This document shows positions 10,334-20,694 of a stretch of 64,000 nt of DNA, one piece after another. The translations under genes were made by a program, and so were the position numbers. The notes under the pieces were generated by a model that saw only the letters and a list, made by a program, of their open reading frames with translations, was not told the DNA's origin and did no database searches. The DNA lies in contig JBPCXV010000117.1 of assembly GCA_051008235.1 (NCBI GenBank), forward strand, positions 4,197-68,196, in the 5' to 3' direction. Origin of the DNA: Pseudohongiellaceae bacterium (GTDB lineage: Bacteria > Pseudomonadota > Gammaproteobacteria > Pseudomonadales > Pseudohongiellaceae). Positions within the stretch are counted from its first letter, which is position 1, and every line of letters starts with the position of its first letter.

Positions 10334-11176
10334 ATGAAGCTATACATATTCAGCCTGCTAGCCATCGCGGCAGCCCTGCTCTTGTCGGTGTGGATGGGCT
10401 TTCCCGCCGACCCGGGTTATTTTCTGATTGCGTTCAGCAACTACACTTTTGAGACCAGCCTGTTTGCCCTGTTGACCGCCATTCTCATTCTCATTCTGTT
10501 GTGGCGTATTCTGTTGCTAATAATCAACACGCTTAACCCCTGGCAACTGGTGCGCTATAGCAATGCTCGCCGTCTTGAGTACAAGGCGCGGCAGCGTAGA
10601 AAAGCCACGCAGGACCCTGTTAAGGCCAAACAACGCCGCCGACAAACTCTCACAGCAGGCCTACAGGCCGCCGCCGACGAAGGACTTGCCAGCCTCACCA
10701 AACGCTGGAAGAAAGCCCCCGCCGCGCTACGCAAGGATGCCGCCGCCGTACACCATTACGCAAAACTGCTGCTAAGCCTGAATGCAAAAACAGAAGCGGC
10801 CAAAGTTATTGAAACCACACTAAGAAAAAATTGGAGTGATAATTTGGTGTTGCTTTATAGCGCCGAAGATTTTGACCTGCCACACCAGCAACTCAGCAAA
10901 GCCGAACGCTGGTTGCAAGACTACCCGACTGACCCGAATCTGCTGCTAAGCCTGGGCCGAATCTGCCGCCGCAATGAGTTATGGGGCAAAGCCAGAGATT
11001 ACTACGAAGCCAGCATCAAAACCAAACCCTCAATAGAAGCCTACGCCGAACTATCCGAATTGCTCGCGGCACTGGGTCATACCGAGGCAGCCGAAGATAA
11101 TCTGCAACTATATCGCAAAGCCACCGGCACCACGCTTCCCGGCCTGCCTCTGCCCAAAACTATTTCTTCTTCATAG
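10334..11176 (+). CDS. hemY: HemY-like protein (HemY_N membrane domain plus TPR-like C-terminus)
   Basis: Two N-terminal TM helices followed by a helical-repeat C-terminus. Last gene of the hemCDXY order. Confidence 0.65.
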   Translation: MKLYIFSLLAIAAALLLSVWMGFPADPGYFLIAFSNYTFETSLFALLTAILILILLWRILLLIINTLNPWQLVRYSNARRLEYKARQRRKATQDPVKAKQRRRQTLTAGLQAAADEGLASLTKRWKKAPAALRKDAAAVHHYAKLLLSLNAKTEAAKVIETTLRKNWSDNLVLLYSAEDFDLPHQQLSKAERWLQDYPTDPNLLLSLGRICRRNELWGKARDYYEASIKTKPSIEAYAELSELLAALGHTEAAEDNLQLYRKATGTTLPGLPLPKTISSS

Positions 11177-12419
11177 CGGTAAAGAAGGCATTATTAGTCT
11201 TCGTGCCCTTCAGCTTGTCAAGAATAAACTCGGTAGCCTGCACATCCTCCATCGCACTGAGCAACTTGCGCAAAATCCATATCCGTTGCAGCTCCTCATC
11301 AGTAGTAAGCAACTCCTCACGCCGCGTCCCCGAGCGCCGCACATTGATGGCCGGATAAACCCGCTTCTCGGCAATCTTCCGGTCAAGATGCAATTCCATA
11401 TTGCCCGTGCCCTTGAACTCCTCGTAGATAACCTCATCCATCTTTGAACCGGTTTCAATAAGCGCAGTGGCGATAATGGTCAGACTACCACCTTCCTCAA
11501 TATTACGCGCCGCGCCGAAGAAACGCTTGGGTCGTTCCAGCGCGTGCGCATCCACGCCGCCGGTAAGCACCTTGCCGGAGGAGGGCACAATCGTGTTATA
11601 GGCGCGCGCCAGCCGGGTAATAGAGTCCAGCAAAATCACCACATCTTCCTTGTGCTCAACCAGACGCTTGGCCTTCTCAATAACCATCTCCGCCACTTGC
11701 ACATGGCGCGTCGGTGGTTCATCAAAGGTGCTTGCCACCACTTCACCGCGCACCGAGCGCTGCATTTCAGTTACCTCTTCCGGACGCTCATCAATGAGCA
11801 ACACGATAAGGCGACACTCAGGATTGTTCTTGGTAATTGACTGTGCAATGTTCTGCAGGATAAGCGTCTTGCCGGCCTTGGGCGGAGAAACAATCAGGCC
11901 ACGTTGCCCCTTGCCGATGGGTGCGGTGAGGTCAATAACCCGCGCACTCAAATCTTCGGTGCTGCCATTGCCCACTTCCAGCGTAAGACGATCCTGAGGA
12001 AAGAGGGGAGTAAGGTTTTCAAACAGAATTTTGTGTTTGGGCTTGTCAGACTTGCTGAAATTAATGTCGCCAATCTTAACCAGAGCAAAGTAACGCTCCC
12101 CCTCTTTCGGCGGCCTGATTTTGCCGGATATGGTATCACCAGTGCGCAGGTTAAAGCGGCGAATCTGGCTGGGTGAAACATAAATATCATCCGGCCCGGC
12201 CAGATAAGAGGAATCGGCACTACGCAGAAATCCGAAACCATCCTGCAAGATTTCCAGCACACCATCGCCGTAAATGTCTTCCCCGTTCTTGGCGTGGTTT
12301 TTGAGGATAATAAAAATGAGGTCCTGCTTGCGGGTGCGTGAGACATTTTCCAGCCCCATCTCCTGTGCAGTGTCAAGCAGCTCGGTGATTGGTTTTTGCT
12401 TAAGGTCTGTGAGGTTCAT
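11160..12419 (-). CDS. rho: transcription termination factor Rho
   Basis: 419 aa. N-terminal [15 protein letters not shown], an RNA-binding domain, Walker A PPKAGKT and an [12 protein letters not shown] segment. Confidence 0.97.
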   Translation of the reverse strand: MNLTDLKQKPITELLDTAQEMGLENVSRTRKQDLIFIILKNHAKNGEDIYGDGVLEILQDGFGFLRSADSSYLAGPDDIYVSPSQIRRFNLRTGDTISGKIRPPKEGERYFALVKIGDINFSKSDKPKHKILFENLTPLFPQDRLTLEVGNGSTEDLSARVIDLTAPIGKGQRGLIVSPPKAGKTLILQNIAQSITKNNPECRLIVLLIDERPEEVTEMQRSVRGEVVASTFDEPPTRHVQVAEMVIEKAKRLVEHKEDVVILLDSITRLARAYNTIVPSSGKVLTGGVDAHALERPKRFFGAARNIEEGGSLTIIATALIETGSKMDEVIYEEFKGTGNMELHLDRKIAEKRVYPAINVRRSGTRREELLTTDEELQRIWILRKLLSAMEDVQATEFILDKLKGTKTNNAFFTAMKKK

Positions 12420-12696
12420 TGTGAAGTCTTCTGTGGGTTAGTAGATATTGTGGAAATGGCATATAGACATGCCGGTTAGGGTGTGATTTGGATATTGGTG
12501 CGGGTTAAAGTCAAGCGTAGAGCTCTGACTCTGGTTTCGCATTAGCGAGTGATAAAACTAAGAGGATAGTGCTCTGTGAGCATCGTTACTGTGACTGTGG
12601 ATTGTCAGAATTTCGTGTGTATGGGTTTAGATGATTTTTCAGGTATCAGACTGTGTGTCGGATAGGGGCTATGCGGGGAATATGGGCTGCACGGAC

Positions 12697-13059
12697 TTAT
12701 GCGCTGCTGGCAGCTTGCTCACTATAGGTTGTTCCTGCGGCTTTGTCAATAAATTCTGTTAGCTCTGATTTGGACAGTGCGCCCACTTTGGTGTCGGCCA
12801 CTTCGCCCTTGTTAAAGAGAATCAGAGTAGGGATGCCGCGAATGCCGTATTTTGCAGCAACCTCCTTGTTGGCATCCACATCCATCTTGCAGATTTTCAG
12901 TTTGCCCTGATAGCCCCCGGCAATTTCCTCAAGCACCGGCGCTATCATCTTGCACGGGCCGCACCATTCCGCCCAGAAATCAACCAGCACCGGGCAGTCC
13001 GCACCGAGTACATCTTCCGCAAATCTGCCATCGGAAGTGTGAACGATGTTGTCGCTCAT
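12697..13059 (-). CDS. trxA: thioredoxin
   Basis: WCGPCK active site. The start at [11 protein letters not shown] is preferred over the longer ORF-track start. There is a short C-terminal extension. Confidence 0.92.
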   Translation of the reverse strand: MSDNIVHTSDGRFAEDVLGADCPVLVDFWAEWCGPCKMIAPVLEEIAGGYQGKLKICKMDVDANKEVAAKYGIRGIPTLILFNKGEVADTKVGALSKSELTEFIDKAAGTTYSEQAASSA

Positions 13060-13278
13060 AGGGGGTTCCTTCAAGTTCAGGGGGGTAATCAAGGTAGTAT
13101 GATAAGGCCTGATTTCCAAAATGCAAGCAAAAAATCACTTTATTTTCAGCTGATTTTCATCCCGCCGGGGGCGGGGCAGGGGTGTGTCGGGGATGTAGCA
13201 GAGGCGCGTCGGGGCATGTCGGGGTATGTCGGAGCGTGTCGAGATGCACCAGAGTGCATCGGAAACGGTTTGTGCCCC

Positions 13279-14331
<1,053 letters not shown>

Positions 14332-14462
14332 TTATCACTCTCCCCTGAGGGGAGTCGCAACAGGCAAAGCATGCCGCAGTGGGGGGACATCAGGTGCATA
14401 TAATGAATGAATCAAAACTCACAATCCAGTAGAATCGGCAAGATTAACACAGGCCAACAACC

Positions 14463-16739
14463 ATGAACAAAACAAGATTTCTCATAGCGGCACTAATCCT
14501 CGCCGCAGTGGCAGCCTATTTTATGTTTGACCTGGGCCGCTTTCTCACCCTGAGCTACGCCCAATCACAACTGGCCAACATCCACGCTTTCAGAGACAGC
14601 AACTTCCCACTAACCGCCGCCCTGTATTTCGCATTGTATGTGGTGATAACCGCGCTATCAATTCCAGGCGCGCTCGTTATCACGCTCATCGGCGGCGCCA
14701 TCTTCGGATTGTTATGGGGCACCTTGCTGGTGTCCTTCGCCAGTTGCATCGGCGCGACACTCGCCTTTCTGGTTTCACGCCTGCTACTCAGAGATTGGGT
14801 GCAACGCAAATTCGGCAATTATCTTGCACCGGTCAATCGCGGCATCAAGAAGGATGGCATATTTTATCTATTCAGCATTCGCATGGTGCCGCTGTTCCCG
14901 TTTTTTGTTATCAACCTGCTCATGGGTTTAACGCCCATCCGCACCTTCACTTATTACTGGGTGAGCCAACTTGGCATGTTGCCGGCCACGGTGGTTTATG
15001 TGAACGCCGGCTCGGAACTGGCACAGATAGATTCACTGGCGGGCCTGGTGAACGGCTCAGTGCTGTTCGCCCTGGCGTTACTCGGCCTATTCCCCCTGTT
15101 TGCCCGCCTGCTGATTAACCGGCTGCAACGCAGGCGACATACAAGACATCTTCTCAAACTGCGGCGCCTCACCAGGCCGCGGCGCTTTGATGCCAATGTG
15201 GTAGTCATCGGCGCAGGCTCCGCCGGTTTGGTGGCTTCGCTAATTGTCGCCGGCGCCAAGGCAAAAGTAGTGTTGATTGAAAAAAACAAAATGGGCGGCG
15301 ATTGCCTCAACACCGGTTGCGTGCCCAGCAAGAGCCTGCTGCGTAGCGGACACATCATGTCCTGCATCCGGCGAGCCGAAGAGTTTGGTATCACCAACGC
15401 CACCGGCAATGTAGATTTCGCCCGTGTGATGCAGCGCGTGCAAGGCATCATCAAAACCATTGAACCGCACGATTCAGTAGAACGTTTCACTTCACTGGGA
15501 GTAGAGTGCGTGGCCGGAGAAGCAAACATTGAATCCCCCTGGACAGTGCGAGTAGGCGATCGACACATCCACACCCGGGCAATCATCCTCGCCACCGGCG
15601 CGCGCCCGCTGGTACCAAACATACCCGGCCTGGAACAAGTGCCGTGGCTAAGCTCAGACACCATCTGGTCCCTAACTACCCTGCCACGCAAACTGCTGGT
15701 AGTAGGCGGAGGCCCCATCGGCTGCGAACTGGCACAGGCATTCAGCAACCTGGGTTCCGAAGTAGTGCAACTTGATATGGCACCCCGCATCCTACCGCGA
15801 GAAGACCCCGAAGTTTCTGTGCTGATGACTGACCGCTTTACACGCCAGGGAATTCAGGTGCTAACCAATCACAAGTTATTGCGTTTTGGTAAAGATGCTT
15901 CGGTGATAAATGCAAAAGCGGGGGAGGGCAGTGATGTGAATCAATCAGTCATGGACGCAGGAGATGGTCGATTAACTGTGGACGCGGGAGATGGTCAATC
16001 AGCCGTGGATGCGGGAGACGGTCGACCATTCGCGGAAGCAGAACACAATGGCGAAACCATACGTGTTGAGTTTGATTATGTATTGCTCGCACTAGGCCGC
16101 AAAGCCAATGTAGAAGGTTTCGGCCTGGAACAATTACAAATGCCACTAACCGAACAAGGCACAGTGGAAGTAAATCAATATATGCAAACCGCCTACCCCA
16201 ACATTTACGCTTGCGGCGATGTGGCCAGCCCCTGGCAGTTCACCCACATCGCCTCCTATCAAGCCTGGTTCGCCGCCCTCAATGCCATACTGGGCGGCTG
16301 GTGGCGCTCCAAAGCCAGCTATCGTGTTGTCCCCTGGGCCACTTTCACCGACCCGGAAGTAGCCCGCGTCGGCCTGAGCGAAGAAGAAGCCAAAACACAA
16401 AACATACCCTTTGAAATAACACGCTATGAACTCAGCCACCACGACCGCGCCCTGGCCGATGGCGAAGCCCATGGTTTCGTCAAAGTATTAACCGAACCCG
16501 GCAAAGATAAAATCCTCGGCGCAACAATAACAGGCCACCACGCCGCCGACTTAATCGGCGAATTCGTCCTCGCCATGACCCACAACATGGGCCTGAAACA
16601 AATATCCGCCGCCACCCACATCTACCCCACCATGCTGGAAGCCAACAAGTTCGCCGCCAACGCCTGGCGCAGCGCCCGCCTGCCCGAAAAATATTTCCCC
16701 CTGCTAAAACGCTACTTCAACTGGCGACGCGGGGCGTAG
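14463..16739 (+). CDS. Fusion protein: TVP38/TMEM64 (DedA/SNARE-associated) membrane domain plus FAD-dependent pyridine nucleotide-disulfide oxidoreductase
   Basis: The first ~230 aa are polytopic. They are followed by GAGSAGL (FAD fold), redox-active GGDCLNTGCVPSK, a second GGGPIGCE dinucleotide fold, and a C-terminal dimerisation domain (TIYPT-like HIYPTMLE). Confidence 0.85.
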   Translation: MNKTRFLIAALILAAVAAYFMFDLGRFLTLSYAQSQLANIHAFRDSNFPLTAALYFALYVVITALSIPGALVITLIGGAIFGLLWGTLLVSFASCIGATLAFLVSRLLLRDWVQRKFGNYLAPVNRGIKKDGIFYLFSIRMVPLFPFFVINLLMGLTPIRTFTYYWVSQLGMLPATVVYVNAGSELAQIDSLAGLVNGSVLFALALLGLFPLFARLLINRLQRRRHTRHLLKLRRLTRPRRFDANVVVIGAGSAGLVASLIVAGAKAKVVLIEKNKMGGDCLNTGCVPSKSLLRSGHIMSCIRRAEEFGITNATGNVDFARVMQRVQGIIKTIEPHDSVERFTSLGVECVAGEANIESPWTVRVGDRHIHTRAIILATGARPLVPNIPGLEQVPWLSSDTIWSLTTLPRKLLVVGGGPIGCELAQAFSNLGSEVVQLDMAPRILPREDPEVSVLMTDRFTRQGIQVLTNHKLLRFGKDASVINAKAGEGSDVNQSVMDAGDGRLTVDAGDGQSAVDAGDGRPFAEAEHNGETIRVEFDYVLLALGRKANVEGFGLEQLQMPLTEQGTVEVNQYMQTAYPNIYACGDVASPWQFTHIASYQAWFAALNAILGGWWRSKASYRVVPWATFTDPEVARVGLSEEEAKTQNIPFEITRYELSHHDRALADGEAHGFVKVLTEPGKDKILGATITGHHAADLIGEFVLAMTHNMGLKQISAATHIYPTMLEANKFAANAWRSARLPEKYFPLLKRYFNWRRGA
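15954..16034 (+). repeat. In-frame 27-bp x3 tandem repeat inside the oxidoreductase domain
   Basis: gacgcaggagatggtcgattaactgtg / gacgcgggagatggtcaatcagccgtg / gatgcgggagacggtcgaccattcgcg, encoding DAGDGRLTV DAGDGQSAV DAGDGRPFA. Confidence 0.9.
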
Positions 16740-16786
16740 TTAACAGGGATGCATTAACAGTCGCCACTATTTACTGCCCGGCAAGT

Positions 16787-17302
16787 TTAGTCCAGCCCCA
16801 CAGGTTGCTGACGGAACGCCATATACACACAGGTGCCGAACAACAACACGAAAGCGAGCAAGGACATTTCAGGAATAGTAAGCAAACCAAGAAAACGAAA
16901 CTGCACTTCCGCACAGTTACCGTCGCCTTCCAGCAAGAAACTCATCACCTCAACAAACGGGAAGTTCTCATAGATATAACCGAGACCCGGCCCGCAGGCA
17001 GGCACCTGTTCTTCCGGCAAGTGCTGCAACCAAATCTGGCGCCCGGCAAAGTAACCGCCAAATACACACATCGCCGCCGCCGTGAAAGCGTAAATTTTCT
17101 GCCCCTGCAATTGCGGATTATGAATAGCCGCCGTCAGGCAAGCAAGGCCGCAAAGAATAATAAATATCCGCTGGGTAATACACAGCCCACAAGGCGGGAG
17201 CAACATGACATGTTCCATATACAACACGATGCCAATAGCAACAACACAGGCCAGAAATACAGCCAGATTAAGCAGGCGATTGCCCGGAATGATAAATGTC
17301 AT
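16787..17302 (-). CDS. dsbB: disulfide bond formation protein B
   Basis: Four-TM 171-aa protein with CGLCITQR in the first periplasmic loop region and a second Cys pair (PACGPG...C). Confidence 0.8.
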   Translation of the reverse strand: MTFIIPGNRLLNLAVFLACVVAIGIVLYMEHVMLLPPCGLCITQRIFIILCGLACLTAAIHNPQLQGQKIYAFTAAAMCVFGGYFAGRQIWLQHLPEEQVPACGPGLGYIYENFPFVEVMSFLLEGDGNCAEVQFRFLGLLTIPEMSLLAFVLLFGTCVYMAFRQQPVGLD

Positions 17303-17374
17303 GCGCTGGTTCCTCTTTAACTTGAGTCCTGTGTTCAGATTGATTGCGGCTGGCAGGGTATTTTACACGGATTA

Positions 17375-17776
17375 CTAATCGGTGTAATCCCTGAATTGTT
17401 TTATCTGCCGGCGTTGTCTCTTGGTGGGTTTGGTGTCTGGTTGGAGCGGGCGCGGTTGCATGCGGCGCTGTTGGCTCAAGAGTTGACGGCGGGCGATGCT
17501 TTGCGGAGTTTCTTCATAAAGTTGTTGGGCTTCACTTGCGCTGCGTCGCTGCTCTCTCAAGGCTTTTATGATGATGGTTTTCTCTTCGTATCCTTGTCGC
17601 AAACTGATTTCGTTACCAGCTATAATTTCCTTGCTGGGCTTGCAGCGTGTGCCGTTGCAACTAACCTTGCCACCTTCAATGGCTCGTCTGGCGATAGCCC
17701 GGGTTTTATAAAAGCGCGCCGCCCATAGCCACTTATCCAGCCGCAGGCGATTAAGTTTTTCTTTGTTGTCGGGCAT
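17375..17776 (-). CDS. hslR: ribosome-associated heat shock protein Hsp15 (S4 RNA-binding domain)
   Basis: RLDKWLWAARFYKTRAIA S4 motif and a basic C-terminal tail. The start at MPDNKEK (17776) is preferred. Confidence 0.85.
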   Translation of the reverse strand: MPDNKEKLNRLRLDKWLWAARFYKTRAIARRAIEGGKVSCNGTRCKPSKEIIAGNEISLRQGYEEKTIIIKALREQRRSASEAQQLYEETPQSIARRQLLSQQRRMQPRPLQPDTKPTKRQRRQIKQFRDYTD

Positions 17777-17882
17777 TGTGAGCAAATCCTCAATCCGGGG
17801 AAACGCCGCCGCGAGCGGTTGATGATTGTTCACTGCCACCGGGCATGATGTGAGCGAAGTCCTCTATCCGGGGAAACTCCGC
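17771..17882. repeat. ~70-bp diverged tandem duplication across the HAD-hydrolase/hslR junction
   Basis: gggcattgtgagcaaatcctcaatccggggaaacgccgcc (17771-17810) compared with gggcatgatgtgagcgaagtcctctatccggggaaactccgc (17841-17882). At protein level this reads AAFPRIEDLLTMP compared with AEFPRIEDFAHIMP. Confidence 0.7.
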
Positions 17883-18488
17883 TGGCTTCGTCGGTGGCTG
17901 CCGACTGTCAGGCTGGGCAACGCCATACAGATGGCGAATGCCCTCCCGCTGTGCCTGCCGCAGCACCGGCAGGGAGTCATCAATCAACAGGGTTCGCTCC
18001 GCGTCATAAGGCTCAATCGTTTTCAGCGCGGCCCAGAACCCCGCATTCTCTTTGGCCAAATGCAAGCGATGCGAACTCACGCACTGATGAAAATGTTCGG
18101 CGATGCCGGTAACATCCATCTTCAGCTGCATACTTTTTGGGTGAGCATTGGTAACCAGTATCATCCGCTTGCCAGTGCTACCCAACCGTTCCAGAAAAGC
18201 CACCACATTAGGCCGCACACTAATCCTGTCCCGCACCGAAAGTTTCATCTCGGGGATGTCCAGTTGCAATTCGCGGCACCAGTAATCCAGACAATACCAG
18301 TTCAGAGTGCCTCTCACCTCAGCATACTTGCAGGTAATAATCTCCCTCGCCGCCGCTTCCGTCACCCCCCGGCTTTGCCCATAAACGCGCGGCACCAGTT
18401 CCATCCAGAAGTAATTATCAAAATGAAGGTCCAGCAGCGTACCATCCATATCAAACAGAATTGTGTCAATATCAGCCCAGGGCATCAT
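17790..18488 (-). CDS. HAD-superfamily hydrolase (YrfG-like nucleotidase)
   Basis: HAD motif I FDMDGTLLD and motif IV LIDDS. It lies upstream of hslR, as yrfG-hslR does in enterics. The start at MMPWADID is preferred. Confidence 0.75.
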   Translation of the reverse strand: MMPWADIDTILFDMDGTLLDLHFDNYFWMELVPRVYGQSRGVTEAAAREIITCKYAEVRGTLNWYCLDYWCRELQLDIPEMKLSVRDRISVRPNVVAFLERLGSTGKRMILVTNAHPKSMQLKMDVTGIAEHFHQCVSSHRLHLAKENAGFWAALKTIEPYDAERTLLIDDSLPVLRQAQREGIRHLYGVAQPDSRQPPTKPAEFPRIEDFAHIMPGGSEQSSTARGGVSPD

Positions 18489-18595
18489 TCGCAGTCTCCG
18501 ATGGCAGCAAGGGGGATGTGCCAGTTGCTGTATTATTACACCATGTGAGGATATTGTAACAACTTGCTGGTAGGATTGGCGCAGAGGAAAAACAC

Positions 18596-19453
18596 TTGAA
18601 TAGCACACTCACCAAACTCATGGAAATCTCCGTCGCCGCAGGCGAGGCAATACTGGAGGTCTATCACGAGGCGACGATGGAAGTCAGCCACAAAGCCGAT
18701 GACTCCCCCGTAACCGAGGCCGACCAGCGCGCCCATGAACTAATCATCGCGGCACTGGCCGAACTGACCCCCGATATTCCCGTGCTATCGGAAGAATCCG
18801 CCCCCATCCCATACACCACCCGAAAACAATGGCAGCAATACTGGCTGGTTGACCCCCTTGACGGCACCAAAGAATTCATCAAACGCAACGACGAGTTCAC
18901 CGTAAACATCGCCTTGATTGCCAACGGCAAACCGGTTTGCGGCGTGGTGCATGTACCAGTGTCCGGTGTAACTTATGTTGGCGCTATTGCCAGAGCCACT
19001 GCCGGAACTATTTCTAAAACCACTGCTGCCTGGAAGTGCACACCGGGCAACAAGCCACAGCCCATTCAGGCAGTAGCAATGCAGGACAAAACACCGCTAC
19101 GCATCGCCGCCAGCCGCACCCACACCACGCCACATTTACGCACAGTGCTTGACCACATCAAGGCAGCACTCGGCAAAGAAGCCGAACTGGTGTGCATAGG
19201 CAGCTCCCTCAAAATCTGCCTGCTGGCCGAAGGCAAGGTTGACTTCTACCCCCGCCTAACCCCCACCAGCGAATGGGACACCGCCGCCGCCCACGCCGTA
19301 CTCCTCGCCGCCGGCGGCCAAATCACCGACATCTCATTCAACCCCCTAACCTACAACCAGAAAGACAACCTCCTAAACCCCCACTTCCTCGCCCTCGCCG
19401 ACCCCACCTACAACTGGCAAAGGCTGCTGGACGGCTGTCTGGATGGCACCTGA
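18596..19453 (+). CDS. cysQ: 3'(2'),5'-bisphosphate nucleotidase
   Basis: Inositol monophosphatase-family motifs SEE...WLVDPLDGTKEF and WDTAAAHAVL. The start is uncertain: a TTG at 18596 or an ATG at 18620. Confidence 0.85.
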   Translation: MNSTLTKLMEISVAAGEAILEVYHEATMEVSHKADDSPVTEADQRAHELIIAALAELTPDIPVLSEESAPIPYTTRKQWQQYWLVDPLDGTKEFIKRNDEFTVNIALIANGKPVCGVVHVPVSGVTYVGAIARATAGTISKTTAAWKCTPGNKPQPIQAVAMQDKTPLRIAASRTHTTPHLRTVLDHIKAALGKEAELVCIGSSLKICLLAEGKVDFYPRLTPTSEWDTAAAHAVLLAAGGQITDISFNPLTYNQKDNLLNPHFLALADPTYNWQRLLDGCLDGT

Positions 19454-19627
19454 GTCGCTAATCCCCCGAGCAAAAAGAGTGTGGAAAAATCCCGGAAAAA
19501 TTGCAAAAATACTTTGCCAGCCCCCAAAAATTTGCCATACTTGCGATATGGCATTCGGAACAACGATTGGCACAATTTCTCACTATAGCACCCACCACAG
19601 CACCCACTAAAACGCGAGGAATTCAAC

Positions 19628-19948
19628 ATGATTTGCCCAAAATGCAAGCACGGCTTACCCGATAATTTCTTTTACAAGGCAAGAATAAGAAAAGTAGTCA
19701 ACTGCCCAAACTGTAGCACCCAACTCAGAGTGGATTTGAAAGAGTTCGGGCGAGTTATGTGGCTCCCGTTCGTTGTTGCCGCATTCTTCATCTTCATCAG
19801 CATACCCACTTTTTCTGCGGCGGATCTTCAGCAAAGTTATCGAACGGAAGCGATTGTGGTGGAAGTGGTGACTATTATTCTTATAAGCTTATGCTTATTT
19901 ACTTATATGCGCATGAAACATTCGTTTAAAGCCGTACAAGAAGATTAG
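19628..19948 (+). CDS. Zinc-ribbon/2-TM membrane protein, single module (type b)
   Basis: MICPKC-19 aa-CPNC, then LRVD, two hydrophobic helices and a basic tail MRMKHSFKAV. RBS GAGGAA upstream. Confidence 0.75.
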   Translation: MICPKCKHGLPDNFFYKARIRKVVNCPNCSTQLRVDLKEFGRVMWLPFVVAAFFIFISIPTFSAADLQQSYRTEAIVVEVVTIILISLCLFTYMRMKHSFKAVQED

Positions 19949-19978
19949 CACAAAGCATTGCAAGAGGAGGAACTAAAA

Positions 19979-20683
19979 ATGATTTGCCCGAAATGTAACC
20001 ACAAATTGTCCAAAGATTTCTTTACTGCCGCACAGAAAAGCGTGAACGAAGTGATTAACTGCCCAAGCTGTAATGTTGAACTTACTGCAGATATGAAAAA
20101 GTTCAAACGGGCTATGACGCTCTCTGTTGCGATTATCATAGCCATAACTACCCCCATCGTGATTTCCTACATTTTGCTAACCGACCCTGACATTGGCACC
20201 ATCACAATCCCTTACATTGATCAGATTTATGGTGGCAGAGCAATAGCATCAATTGTGTTGGGTTTGATATTGGGAACTATCGGGGGCGGGTGTCTAACTG
20301 TTTATACACGCTCCAGGCAAGCCTTCAACATTGTGCAGGAAAATCATTATAAAAACCTGAAATTTTCCCATGCGACTTGTCCGGAATGCAATCACGGATT
20401 GCCCCGTTATTTCGTCGGTATGGTAAAAATGAACGAAATAGTTAACTGCCCAGGCTGCAATATTCAACTCAGGGTGGATAAGGCAAAGCTCGGGCGAACC
20501 GCGCTGCTCTCCCTTCTGGTCGCCACGGCCATAAGCTCCCCCATGATATTCATTGCCTACAGACTGTCTCTTGATGACCGCTACCCGGGAGTAGCATTTC
20601 TGTTGGGTTCGTCAGTGCTGGCTCTTGTGTATATGAATATGTTTATGTATGTATGGCGCAAGTATGCGTTTAAAGCCGCATAG
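19979..20683 (+). CDS. Zinc-ribbon/TM protein, two fused modules (a-b)
   Basis: CPKC-21-CPSC plus 2 TM, then CPEC-19-CPGC plus 2 TM. The ATG at 19979 is preceded by GGAGGA (the ORF track starts at 19958). Confidence 0.75.
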   Translation: MICPKCNHKLSKDFFTAAQKSVNEVINCPSCNVELTADMKKFKRAMTLSVAIIIAITTPIVISYILLTDPDIGTITIPYIDQIYGGRAIASIVLGLILGTIGGGCLTVYTRSRQAFNIVQENHYKNLKFSHATCPECNHGLPRYFVGMVKMNEIVNCPGCNIQLRVDKAKLGRTALLSLLVATAISSPMIFIAYRLSLDDRYPGVAFLLGSSVLALVYMNMFMYVWRKYAFKAA

Positions 20684-20694
20684 AGGAATTCAAA

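Noticed and set aside
14340-14360. Palindrome ctcccctgaggggag in the hemB / TVP38-fusion divergent spacer, considered as a regulatory hairpin or operator.
   Set aside because: It is a single 6-bp-arm hairpin with a 3-nt loop, with no T-tract and no repetition elsewhere in the window. That is insufficient to assign a function.
14996-15790. Long antisense ORFs inside well-supported genes. Examples are 14996-15790, 23548-24198, 57538-58227, 43455-44126, 45759-46592, 31060-31791, 17826-18548, 13591-14193 and 32905-33543.
   Set aside because: Each lies opposite, or out of frame to, a gene with strong family motifs. Their compositions are typical of antisense translation of GC3-rich coding sequence.
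19546-19608. 20-aa ORF MAFGTTIGTISHYSTHHSTH upstream of the first zinc-ribbon gene, considered as a fourth peptide precursor.
   Set aside because: It has no double-glycine leader, no RBS and no shared upstream element. It is most likely part of the 5-prime UTR/promoter region.
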